From sequence record ON287375.1: a stretch of DNA of 64,000 nt. One strand, given 5' to 3'. Under the pieces are notes generated by a model. It was not told the origin of the DNA. It did no database searches and was given only the letters and a program-made list of their open reading frames with translations. The position numbers and the translations under genes are program-made. Below, in pieces: positions 9,232 through 18,154 of the stretch (its first letter is position 1; each line of letters opens with the position of its first letter).

Positions 9232-10701
9232 ATGCTGACAGCATTAAACTTTCTGAAGGACTACGGCGCTGAATCTAACCTCCAGATCGGCTTAAACGTA
9301 TCTCCTATCTTTGACCTGTTAACAACAACTATGATCAAAGGTAAAGACGGTGTTTGGTATATGAATGGTGGGCTGATGCCTATCAATGGTCTTGCAGGTG
9401 GTAATAACACCCAGAAGACTGGTAAGACCGTAAAAGATGTAGCTAAGCTTCTGCACCGTTTCCAGCACTCTATCATTCTGTATGGTGATACTGAATCAAC
9501 TCTAGACGTATCTCGTCTGGCAGAAGAAGTGGATCGTCTGTTCGGTATCGACGGTTACTTCGAAGAACATATTCAGGATGTGCGGTTCCACTATATGCCT
9601 AACTCTGCTGGCATCGACGGTACTGAACTCCACAATAAAGTAATCGAGATTTACAAAACGATTACTGCACTGTCTGAATCAAAAGACAAAGAGGAACAAG
9701 CTGCTTATAAATCTCTGTTCCTCGATACTCCATTCTGGTCTCAGAAAGCTAACAAGTATGTTCAGGTTATGCAACCCATCCTGTTCATCTGTGACTCGAT
9801 CTCTGAAGTTCTGTTTGATAACTTGATGTTCAAACAGTTCGATGAAGGTGAAATGGATGAAGGCGGTAAGAAACGTACTCGTGATATGGAGATCGGTAAC
9901 CTTCGTCGTATCTTGATGACCGATACCTGTATCCTCGGTCCACGTGTTGGTCTGCGTTCTTATTGGATTGCTCAGTCTGCTGATGTAATCAACATGGACG
10001 GTAAGCCAAAAGAGAAAGACTCTACCTTCCTGCGTCATAACAAAAAGCTGGCTGCTCCTAAAGCAATGCTTAAGTTACCGCACATCGGTATTGAGATCAT
10101 CAAAGGTCAAGTGTTGAAACAACCAGACCACTCTGTTACCTATCCTCGTGGTAAAGACTCAACGATCTCTTCTAACGCTAAGTCTAACCCAGAACTGGTT
10201 CAGTATTACACCACGGTCTTCCGTAACAAATCTGGTAGCTCCGGTGGTGACATTAGTTTCGTAGCGGGTCAGGCAGAAGGTATCCTTGAATACTTATCCA
10301 TGTATGACGCATTGAAAGATAACAAATACTTTGGTTTGGAAGGTTCAGCTATTCGTCATAGCTGCGCTCTGATGCCAGATGTTAGTATCATGCGTACTAC
10401 CGTTCGTGAACTGCTTGAAGGTCCTGAAGCTAATCATAAGCTGCAACGTGCAATTGAACTGTGTTATCACATTTGGCACATGCAAACATTCTGGGATAAC
10501 TTCCCTGAAGAATGGCGTCTGACTCCATCTGAGATCTATGCTAAAGGTAAAGAGCAAGGTTTGGATTGGGATGACATTCTCGAAAACACCATCTACTACT
10601 GGCATGACAACCCAGAGATCAAGAAACATACATTGACTGTTTACGAATTGATGGAAATCATCGTAAATGGTAAGAAACCATATTGGAAGGATAAGAAATA
10701 A
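9232..10701 (+). CDS. uvsX: UvsX/RecA-like recombinase (phiKZ gp152-like)
   Basis: 489 aa; P-loop variant GLAGGNNTQKT, IILYGDTE, ILFICDSISE; position upstream of the vRNAP beta fragment. Confidence 0.75.
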   Translation: MLTALNFLKDYGAESNLQIGLNVSPIFDLLTTTMIKGKDGVWYMNGGLMPINGLAGGNNTQKTGKTVKDVAKLLHRFQHSIILYGDTESTLDVSRLAEEVDRLFGIDGYFEEHIQDVRFHYMPNSAGIDGTELHNKVIEIYKTITALSESKDKEEQAAYKSLFLDTPFWSQKANKYVQVMQPILFICDSISEVLFDNLMFKQFDEGEMDEGGKKRTRDMEIGNLRRILMTDTCILGPRVGLRSYWIAQSADVINMDGKPKEKDSTFLRHNKKLAAPKAMLKLPHIGIEIIKGQVLKQPDHSVTYPRGKDSTISSNAKSNPELVQYYTTVFRNKSGSSGGDISFVAGQAEGILEYLSMYDALKDNKYFGLEGSAIRHSCALMPDVSIMRTTVRELLEGPEANHKLQRAIELCYHIWHMQTFWDNFPEEWRLTPSEIYAKGKEQGLDWDDILENTIYYWHDNPEIKKHTLTVYELMEIIVNGKKPYWKDKK

Positions 10702-10702
10702 A

Positions 10703-11065
10703 ATGACAGACTTTAGCTACGATTATTCGGTACTCGTTATCGCAGAACCCGACTTCCTCAACAAAGGCAAGGATTGCGAAGCGTACAGAGAGAAGTTGAT
10801 GAACTTCTTGGAGAAACGTGCTGGGGAGAGTACGCTGCGTGCAATCAGTATCACTGGTAGCTACGGTCTCCCTATGGAAACTCAGATTGCGGTTGATGAT
10901 CGCAATAAGACTTCCTTTGTTAAATCACTTGATGATCAACTGCTTCAATTTAATGAGATCGTGATAATCACGAACTTTGAGAATGATAGCTTCATTGATG
11001 CATTGAGTATTCGTGCAGCTGAACTCTCAAAAACCTTAACGATTTATGGTTACGAGACTAACTGA
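10703..11065 (+). CDS. Hypothetical protein
   Basis: ATG 1 nt after the uvsX stop; coupled to the next gene. Confidence 0.75.
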   Translation: MTDFSYDYSVLVIAEPDFLNKGKDCEAYREKLMNFLEKRAGESTLRAISITGSYGLPMETQIAVDDRNKTSFVKSLDDQLLQFNEIVIITNFENDSFIDALSIRAAELSKTLTIYGYETN

Positions 11066-11742
11066 TGAAAAACCGGAAAGAGATAGAGAGTGATATTCTT
11101 GCATTAGCTAAGAAGTTTACTCTCGGTGGTGGAAACCACAAACTCTATTCCGAACTGTTCGGGCGTCTTGATGACGCCCAGTTTGCTAAGTTCTGGAATA
11201 GTATTTGCGACAACAAGTTTATTCCTATGTTTGTTGATAACTTCAATATCAAAGAAGGGATCAACTATGATCACATGGTTAAAGTCGCAGCTGAGTATGA
11301 TATCCCGCTGGAACAACAACTCGTTTTAACTGACCCAGATACTGGTCTGAAATTCACAACACCAGAAACTGCGTTAGTTGGTTATGCAGAAGCTCGTAAA
11401 CAACGTCAGCTTCAAGCCAAGAAGTTTGGTGCATCCAAACATGACTATGAGACTGAAGACTTAACTGGTCAGCCTACTGGTGATTCTAAAGCCGGTGGTA
11501 TCTCTAACCCAGAGATTCAGGTTCTCCTGTCGCTTGGTCTTCCTACTCTGGCAAAAGAGTTGGCTGACGTTCGTGGTGGCGATGCTGGAGCATATCGTGC
11601 TTATAAGAATGACATCTTGACTTCTGGTCAAGCTACAACCGAATCTGCGTTAACTCGTGGTACTGGTGTTAAGTCACTTCAAACAGCACACTACTTACTG
11701 TTGGGTCAGCATATCGATAACAACCTGAATTCGAGAGACTAA
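11065..11742 (+). CDS. rpoB: Virion RNA polymerase beta subunit, C-terminal fragment (phiKZ gp149-like)
   Basis: LTGQPTGDSKAGGISNPEIQVLLSLG parallels the RpoB C-terminal segment TQQPLGG...GEME. Confidence 0.85.
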   Translation: MKNRKEIESDILALAKKFTLGGGNHKLYSELFGRLDDAQFAKFWNSICDNKFIPMFVDNFNIKEGINYDHMVKVAAEYDIPLEQQLVLTDPDTGLKFTTPETALVGYAEARKQRQLQAKKFGASKHDYETEDLTGQPTGDSKAGGISNPEIQVLLSLGLPTLAKELADVRGGDAGAYRAYKNDILTSGQATTESALTRGTGVKSLQTAHYLLLGQHIDNNLNSRD

Positions 11743-12227
11743 TGGAACAACAAATTAGTAACGATCCTATTCTTCAGTTGATCAATTATGTTGCCGAAGA
11801 GTTACAACAGGAAATTCTTCTTAATGAAGATAGTACTGGATTCTGGAAAAAGGCTCAGGATTATATTTTCGATAACAGCGTCGCTTCTGTTCGTGAAGGG
11901 ATTGATACCTTATCGGAAGGGATCGGGGAATCTCCTGATTTGTATAACTACCTAAGCGTCTTTGTATTCAGGGTCTTCTCTCAGCCATACACCATCTCTG
12001 CTTTGGATAATTTCTCTAAAGGCTTTGATATGGTAGCGGGCGATGTATTCTTCCGTGACGGGTTTAACTTTAAAGCGGGTGAGATGACTAAAGTACAACA
12101 ACTACTTTTGTTCATCACTGTCCATCGCAATCAAATCCAGATTGCTTTCCTTCAAGCAGAAGAAGCGGCTGAAAGGGAAAGGCAGGAAGCAGCAGCTCGT
12201 TTAAGAAGAGGTCGTAATCAACAATGA
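11742..12227 (+). CDS. Hypothetical protein
   Basis: 161-aa ORF with overlapping start/stop coupling. Confidence 0.75.
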   Translation: MEQQISNDPILQLINYVAEELQQEILLNEDSTGFWKKAQDYIFDNSVASVREGIDTLSEGIGESPDLYNYLSVFVFRVFSQPYTISALDNFSKGFDMVAGDVFFRDGFNFKAGEMTKVQQLLLFITVHRNQIQIAFLQAEEAAERERQEAAARLRRGRNQQ

Positions 12228-12952
12228 ACATTGAAGTCTATACTGAAATGGACTCGTTGTTTGACGCTCGGCGTGGCATCATTATTAAGTGCGCTTTGGA
12301 ATCGGGCAACAAACGTTTTGATTGGGACAGGAACTTTAAAGAGATCTATGCCCGTCGTCGTTTCGATTACTTTCATCAACCTGAGCTAGGTATTACTGAT
12401 GAAGGTTTCAAAGCTCGGTATGCTCGGCGGTCTATAGCCGATTTTGCTGATGAAACGCAAGCATACATTATTCCAAGTAATCTCATTTACAATATCTTCA
12501 AGATAGTACGTGAGATTGAGTTCGGGGTAGGTCAGATCATCTCGGTGTCCAAGTTCAATTTAACTGTTAACTTGTACCCTTATGTTTTGGATCAAAACCT
12601 AGCCGATGAACTTGCTTCTGTAATCCGTGGAGCGGTTCCATTTAACATCGGACTATCCTTTGTAAATATACCGTATGAAAATTTAACTCCTGCGGTTTTA
12701 CATTCTTATCAGTATTGTTTCATCTATGACTTCCTGACTGGTGAACATCGTAAAGCTTACTGGGAAAATTATATTCCGGCGAGTAATACGAACACCAAGT
12801 TCATAGTTCCAGATGTTCTGCTGAATAAGGAACTTCCAGAAGAAATGAGAAGCGAAAAGCCGATCAATTTAATTGGAAAGATGAATGCTACTCAAGGTGG
12901 TAAAATAACCTGGGTCCCATACTCAAAAACCATATTCGATTATAAAGAATAA
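12224..12952 (+). CDS. Hypothetical protein
   Basis: 242-aa ORF, ATGA overlap. Confidence 0.75.
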   Translation: MNIEVYTEMDSLFDARRGIIIKCALESGNKRFDWDRNFKEIYARRRFDYFHQPELGITDEGFKARYARRSIADFADETQAYIIPSNLIYNIFKIVREIEFGVGQIISVSKFNLTVNLYPYVLDQNLADELASVIRGAVPFNIGLSFVNIPYENLTPAVLHSYQYCFIYDFLTGEHRKAYWENYIPASNTNTKFIVPDVLLNKELPEEMRSEKPINLIGKMNATQGGKITWVPYSKTIFDYKE

Positions 12953-12956
12953 GGTC

Positions 12957-12989
12957 ACCCTAGGAGCCCCGCAAGGGCTCCTAGGAGTG
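12957..12989. terminator. Hairpin terminator between convergent genes
   Basis: ctaggagccc-cgcaa-gggctcctag. Confidence 0.7.
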
Positions 12990-13000
12990 TTTGTTGTCTA

Positions 13001-13603
13001 TTAGGATTCTGGATCAAATTCTTCATCGTCATCTTCAGGAGCATCGGTGGTATTCACCTCTACTTCTAAATCATCTTCATCGAAAGTTTTCTCAATTTCT
13101 TTAGAATCGACGATCTGACGACCTTGATACAATTCGTCATCTTTGATCTCATCATCTGGATCTTCGATACGAATGATCGGTGCCAGTGGATCAAGTACAA
13201 AGGCTTGATTACCATAGGTAGGAATAACCAGTTTACCTGCAGCTACTTCATTAAGAGCATTTACGAAGGTTGCAAAGTTAGCTCGGTTGTCTTCCAATTC
13301 TCTGTCCTTGAGTCTCTCTTTACGATCGTCACGAACAGTCTTTTCAAGTTGAGCAAGAATGGTATTAATAGAATCTAATAGTTTAGGGTTATTAGGTTTA
13401 TTAATAAAAGTCTGAGTAGCGATGTCCAACAACAGCGTACGTTGTTTCTGGATGATGCCGACTAATTCATTCTCAGCTTCTTTACTTTGTGGGCCTTTAA
13501 GAACTTTATTAATCTCTGCAATCAGAGCGTCCTTATCGGTTACAGTTTTTAATTTGTCATCAGACGGCGGGGCCGGATGAATTTCATCGTCATGGTCAAA
13601 CAT
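13001..13603 (-). CDS. Hypothetical protein with acidic C-terminus
   Basis: 200-aa ORF, upstream GGAG. Confidence 0.75.
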   Translation of the reverse strand: MFDHDDEIHPAPPSDDKLKTVTDKDALIAEINKVLKGPQSKEAENELVGIIQKQRTLLLDIATQTFINKPNNPKLLDSINTILAQLEKTVRDDRKERLKDRELEDNRANFATFVNALNEVAAGKLVIPTYGNQAFVLDPLAPIIRIEDPDDEIKDDELYQGRQIVDSKEIEKTFDEDDLEVEVNTTDAPEDDDEEFDPES

Positions 13604-13637
13604 AACTACTCCATATTCTTTAGCGACTATTATATTT

Positions 13638-13652
13638 CAAACAAATATTATC
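13638..13652 (+). promoter_or_regulatory. Putative phage early-type promoter motif
   Basis: TCAAACAAATATTATC; matches the motif at 36832, 38416, 41349, 43988 and 63644. Confidence 0.5.
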
Positions 13653-13712
13653 AAAGTAGATACGGTGGAAATCTAATTTAATAATATACGTTATAGTCTT
13701 GAGGTAAATAAG

Positions 13713-14264
13713 ATGTTCTTTGATAAGCTATTAAACAAGATTCCTTTCTTCCGTAATCGTCGTATTAAGAAGATTAAGGAGGATCTCGTTGAGATTAAAC
13801 ATGACTTCACTGAGGGTCACTTTAATGAGCAATACATCAGTGGTCTTCACAATATCCTAAATAGTCCGCTAATCGACTTCTCAGACGATTTAGTATCGTC
13901 GTCACTCAATGACATTACGACGTATACAAAGTCCTCTATGGGAGCTTCCAAGCTCGCAGAAAAGCCGATTATTTCGAAAGCAACTCTGGGTCTTTCCCCG
14001 CTGTTATCTCTTAACAGATCAACTGGGTATTTCTCAGAATGGTATTCTAATGAGGACTCCTTATTAGAATTTATAAACGTGATGAAACTGTACTTGCAAG
14101 CCCATGCCTGGCAGATAGCAAGCCCTGATTACCAGAATCAGGAGAAGGTTTCTGAACTCATTAATAGCATGAATCCTGAGTTTTTGGACTCACTATTATA
14201 TAGACTATTATTAGAAGATCTGGTCAGTATAATAACATTCTACGTAGAGAGCAAATATGATTGA
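13713..14264 (+). CDS. Hypothetical protein
   Basis: 183-aa ORF with GAGG RBS. Confidence 0.7.
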   Translation: MFFDKLLNKIPFFRNRRIKKIKEDLVEIKHDFTEGHFNEQYISGLHNILNSPLIDFSDDLVSSSLNDITTYTKSSMGASKLAEKPIISKATLGLSPLLSLNRSTGYFSEWYSNEDSLLEFINVMKLYLQAHAWQIASPDYQNQEKVSELINSMNPEFLDSLLYRLLLEDLVSIITFYVESKYD

Positions 14265-14667
14265 GAAGAATAAGGGCCTGTCGTTTAGCAAGAATAAGAA
14301 CTTTGTTCCTGCTGAACAGTTAACTGACGTACCAAGCCGTCTTTTCAGAAAGATCATTGACGTACTGAAGATTAACAATGCAAAGTGGAAGACGTATTTA
14401 GATGACTATCTACGTTGGCAGCATCCTGATGATTCCGGTCCAGCAGCTGAGGTTAAACGTCAGCGTTCGACTGCATTAGGAAATTTGCAGAGCACCTTGT
14501 TTTACTCCAAGAACTTGACTTGGAACAAACTGTTGGTGGCTTTAAAGATTTGTCGTGTGACAAAGATACGTGTGATCTTTGAAATAGAGACAGAATCTGG
14601 TGAGCAACACACCATCACCGAAACTACAGTTCTACGCAAATCACCAAAGGGTACTGTAGACGAATAA
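14257..14667 (+). CDS. Hypothetical protein
   Basis: 136-aa ORF overlapping the previous stop. Confidence 0.7.
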   Translation: MIEKNKGLSFSKNKNFVPAEQLTDVPSRLFRKIIDVLKINNAKWKTYLDDYLRWQHPDDSGPAAEVKRQRSTALGNLQSTLFYSKNLTWNKLLVALKICRVTKIRVIFEIETESGEQHTITETTVLRKSPKGTVDE

Positions 14668-14675
14668 CTGGATGT

Positions 14676-14701
14676 GTTACCTTACCTTCGGGTAAGGTAA
14701 C
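14676..14701 (+). terminator. Hairpin terminator
   Basis: gttaccttacc-ttcg-ggtaaggtaac followed by T-rich sequence. Confidence 0.7.
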
Positions 14702-14736
14702 CTCTTTATATAACTTATTTTTTTTAGGATTTATTT

Positions 14737-15852
14737 ATGGCAACTTTAGTCCAGAAAGCAAGTTTGTTTGAAGGTGTTGATTTAGGAAACAAACTACAAG
14801 AAGCTAGCCGTTCAATGTCTGAAACGGTATCAGGTTTAACCACACAGTTAATCAATCCATTTAAATCAGTAACAGAAGCTACAGAGTCTGGCGTTGCATT
14901 AATTAGTGAAAAACAATCACAGATTGCCTCTAATATCAGTGCGTATAAATCTCAAGCATTGACCGGTATCAATAATGCGATAAAAGGTTTAACCGGTGGT
15001 CTGTTAAATATCGGTGATATTGGTAGTATCGTAACCTATCAAGATGGTTTCAAAGTAAACACTGATGAGCTATTACGGTTGGGTAGTAAAGGGTTAGGTT
15101 TCAACGTTAACTCAATGCGCGACCTAAAACAACAAATCGGTGATGGGTTCATTAATGAACTCGACAAGATGACAGGTGGTTTAGCCTCTGGTTTGTTCTT
15201 TGCTGATGGAACCAAACTTCATATAGCTGATGGTTGGAAAATGAATATGGGGATGTCACTCATTGACTTCCTCGGCAAAGATGATCCAGATGGCTTTGGT
15301 ACAATTGTCAACGTTGCTGCGATGAACTCTATCCTTAATACCATGCTTGACCAAACCGTTGGTTACGGTATGTGGCAAGGTTATGGCAATTATGGCAACA
15401 TGTATTTGTTCCAATCGGATTATCATGATCAGCTGATTGATTCTCTTGGTTTGGCTATTGGTCGTGGGGACTGCAAATCTATTCAGGTCATCTTTGATAT
15501 CATCAAGCAAGAAGGGATTAATAAAGTTAAGGCGAAATACCCTGACCTTATCGAGCAGATGCTTTCTAACTTTACTTTTAGTTCTGATGAAGATGCTGCC
15601 GATTATGAACCAATCAAGAAACTTCTACTGGAAGTTATTGAAACAGTAGGCGGTAAAAACTGGTATCAGTACCCTACTTCATTTGGGCCGGCCACTAACT
15701 TAGGAATGGTTAACTTTATTTCTGATGATGCTAAGCTATTACTATCAGAAGAAGATAACCTAATCCCCTTACTTTGTAGTTCCGGAATCTTTATCGATCA
15801 AGCTGCTCCAGATGTATTTATGCAAGATTTCCCTAAAGCTGTAGAGTTCTAA
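14737..15852 (+). CDS. Putative virion structural protein
   Basis: 371-aa ORF next to tail genes. Confidence 0.55.
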   Translation: MATLVQKASLFEGVDLGNKLQEASRSMSETVSGLTTQLINPFKSVTEATESGVALISEKQSQIASNISAYKSQALTGINNAIKGLTGGLLNIGDIGSIVTYQDGFKVNTDELLRLGSKGLGFNVNSMRDLKQQIGDGFINELDKMTGGLASGLFFADGTKLHIADGWKMNMGMSLIDFLGKDDPDGFGTIVNVAAMNSILNTMLDQTVGYGMWQGYGNYGNMYLFQSDYHDQLIDSLGLAIGRGDCKSIQVIFDIIKQEGINKVKAKYPDLIEQMLSNFTFSSDEDAADYEPIKKLLLEVIETVGGKNWYQYPTSFGPATNLGMVNFISDDAKLLLSEEDNLIPLLCSSGIFIDQAAPDVFMQDFPKAVEF

Positions 15853-15857
15853 ACAAG

Positions 15858-15899
15858 CATAACCCTTACCCCTCCTCACGGAGTGGGTAAGGGAATATG
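15858..15899. terminator. Member of the repeated palindrome family
   Basis: cataacccttacccctcc-tcac-ggagtgggtaagggaatatg between convergent genes. Confidence 0.7.
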
Positions 15900-15911
15900 T
15901 CTTATTTTTTT

Positions 15912-18116
15912 TTATCTGTTCAATGGGCGACCAGTAAAGATACGTGCGATATCACCAACGATGCTATCGTTAACGACACCTGCAATAGTAGCCGGTTTAA
16001 ACATGTTCTGGACGTCTGTAGTTAGACGAGTCATACGACGGTTCAAATCATTATAACGCAGAACTGTATCCAGGTAATCAACACCTGCTACACGGTTCAC
16101 CCAGTCATTGTATTTACCAATATCTCCCAAGTAGCGAGCAGATACACCAGCAACGTTCAACAGAGCCAGAGGGTTAGTTACACGAGCAATTGGAACGCTC
16201 ATAACTTTATCCAAATCAGCTACTGTTAAATCTACACGGACATTTCGAGGTTTCATGTCGGTAGTCCAACCTAGTGGACCGTTACCAAATGTGAATGATG
16301 CGTTCTGCACAATACCTGTACGGATTATCGATCTACCACGACTAAAACACTTAACCAAGAATGGGGAAGTGTAAGTAGACCCACCTGTGGAGAATGGGAC
16401 TACGAATGGCATGATCAATGATAATGGTAAGAACACGTTAGTGGCAATGGAGTATGGGTGCGCATATGGGGCTTCAAAGTAGAAACTGAATTGTTCACTA
16501 TGTAAACTAGTATCTGAGTCTGACCAGTGTTCAGGAATATCTACTTTAGCGTTACCCAGTAAAGCCAATGGAACGTTACCGATAACAGAACCCGCTGCTA
16601 AACCTGCTGCCGCATCTTTGATCCCACCAACAAAGCTATCAATAATATCGATACCGGTATTACCGCCTGCGATATTGAATTTAAAATCTTGAACAGCTTG
16701 TACTGTGTTATTAAAGGTAGAGGCAATTGCAGATTGAGTGGTTTGGTTACTAAAGGTATCGCTAACCGTTCCGATTCCTTCAGTACGGAATGTAACACCA
16801 TCCATACCACCGTAGAACCCATCCATAAGCAACTGACCGATCTGACCGAACCAACTAGACTCATCCAAGTCAGGAGCGTCTGTAGCGCCTCGTGGGACTG
16901 TTCCTTGCATATCAGGTCCAGTGGTTCCACTCTCTCCATTAGTCACACCAAATGAACTCATACCTTCAGTTTGAACTTGTGCTCTTAACTTATCGATATA
17001 AGAACCTTCAGTACCAACACCTGCTGCTGCAGTTGCTTGTGAGTCAGAAGGTTTGATGTTAACGCCAGCTTGTACACTGGTGTATGCAGATGCTACTTCA
17101 GGATACGAGATCTCATCAGTACCACGGTCTTTAGCAACAGTCTTGAGTTCTTCCATCAGATATTGACTAGTAGACATTCCAGAAGTGAAACCACCATTAG
17201 CATTAACAAATGACGAGTCTCTGATCAGGTCATCAAGAATGTTTTCAATTGCGGTGTCTTTTTGTTCAACACTACGGATACTAATATTGTTATCGAGATC
17301 TTTAACTTTCTTCATGAAGTAACGGAACTTACGAACCCCACGAGTAGAAACTTTCATGATATCGATGGTGCCATCTTTATTGATTGCGTCTGGGAACAGA
17401 CTGTTCAAATAAGAGGCATTGTTGCGAGCAGCTTGAGAATCTTTGATATAACCTTTTTCACCACCACCATTAAAGTCACGGTCACCTTTCTTAGTGTTAC
17501 CCTGATCTTGACGGTCATTAGGAAGAACAGTGAGCGCATAACCTGCTGCAATCATCAGGTCATTAAAGATACCCTGAGCTGCAGTGAAGTACATCCCCAT
17601 CGCAGGCTTACAGTAATACCATTTGTTCTTCGGGGTATTGGAAAGATATTCAAAGAAGTTAAATGATGTCGCTACGATCTGTGCTGGCCAGAAAGCAATG
17701 GCACCTGCAGCTTGTCCGATATAGAAAGCCCAAGTTGGAGCACGACCTTTGTTAGCCATGATTGCTGCTGAATAATCAAACATGTTCAGAATGAAAGTAA
17801 TCATCCCTGTGAACTCAGCCACACCTGCGGTAAGTGTAACTGAAAGGGCATTATCATTATGAATACGTTTGTAATAACGTCCTTGGTTACCTAAACGGTT
17901 TTCCATTAAAGGTTTAGGATGGGGATCGGTATTTAAACCAAACCCAGGTAAAGGGTTAATGAACTTGTTATCACCAGTGGCGGTGGAAAAGAAGCTCGTG
18001 TAAAGATCATAGTCTGATCTGATTAAGACCTTTTCGGGATCTTTAAGTCCGTCACTCATAATTCTAAATGAACGACTGACTATATTTGCATCCTTATAAG
18101 GAACTGATACGCTCAT
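15912..18116 (-). CDS. Tail/baseplate-associated structural protein (phiKZ gp182-like)
   Basis: 734 aa directly downstream of the tape-measure gene; phiKZ synteny. Confidence 0.6.
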   Translation of the reverse strand: MSVSVPYKDANIVSRSFRIMSDGLKDPEKVLIRSDYDLYTSFFSTATGDNKFINPLPGFGLNTDPHPKPLMENRLGNQGRYYKRIHNDNALSVTLTAGVAEFTGMITFILNMFDYSAAIMANKGRAPTWAFYIGQAAGAIAFWPAQIVATSFNFFEYLSNTPKNKWYYCKPAMGMYFTAAQGIFNDLMIAAGYALTVLPNDRQDQGNTKKGDRDFNGGGEKGYIKDSQAARNNASYLNSLFPDAINKDGTIDIMKVSTRGVRKFRYFMKKVKDLDNNISIRSVEQKDTAIENILDDLIRDSSFVNANGGFTSGMSTSQYLMEELKTVAKDRGTDEISYPEVASAYTSVQAGVNIKPSDSQATAAAGVGTEGSYIDKLRAQVQTEGMSSFGVTNGESGTTGPDMQGTVPRGATDAPDLDESSWFGQIGQLLMDGFYGGMDGVTFRTEGIGTVSDTFSNQTTQSAIASTFNNTVQAVQDFKFNIAGGNTGIDIIDSFVGGIKDAAAGLAAGSVIGNVPLALLGNAKVDIPEHWSDSDTSLHSEQFSFYFEAPYAHPYSIATNVFLPLSLIMPFVVPFSTGGSTYTSPFLVKCFSRGRSIIRTGIVQNASFTFGNGPLGWTTDMKPRNVRVDLTVADLDKVMSVPIARVTNPLALLNVAGVSARYLGDIGKYNDWVNRVAGVDYLDTVLRYNDLNRRMTRLTTDVQNMFKPATIAGVVNDSIVGDIARIFTGRPLNR

Positions 18117-18154
18117 GTTTACCTCTAAAGTAAGGGGACCGAAGTCCCCTCATC

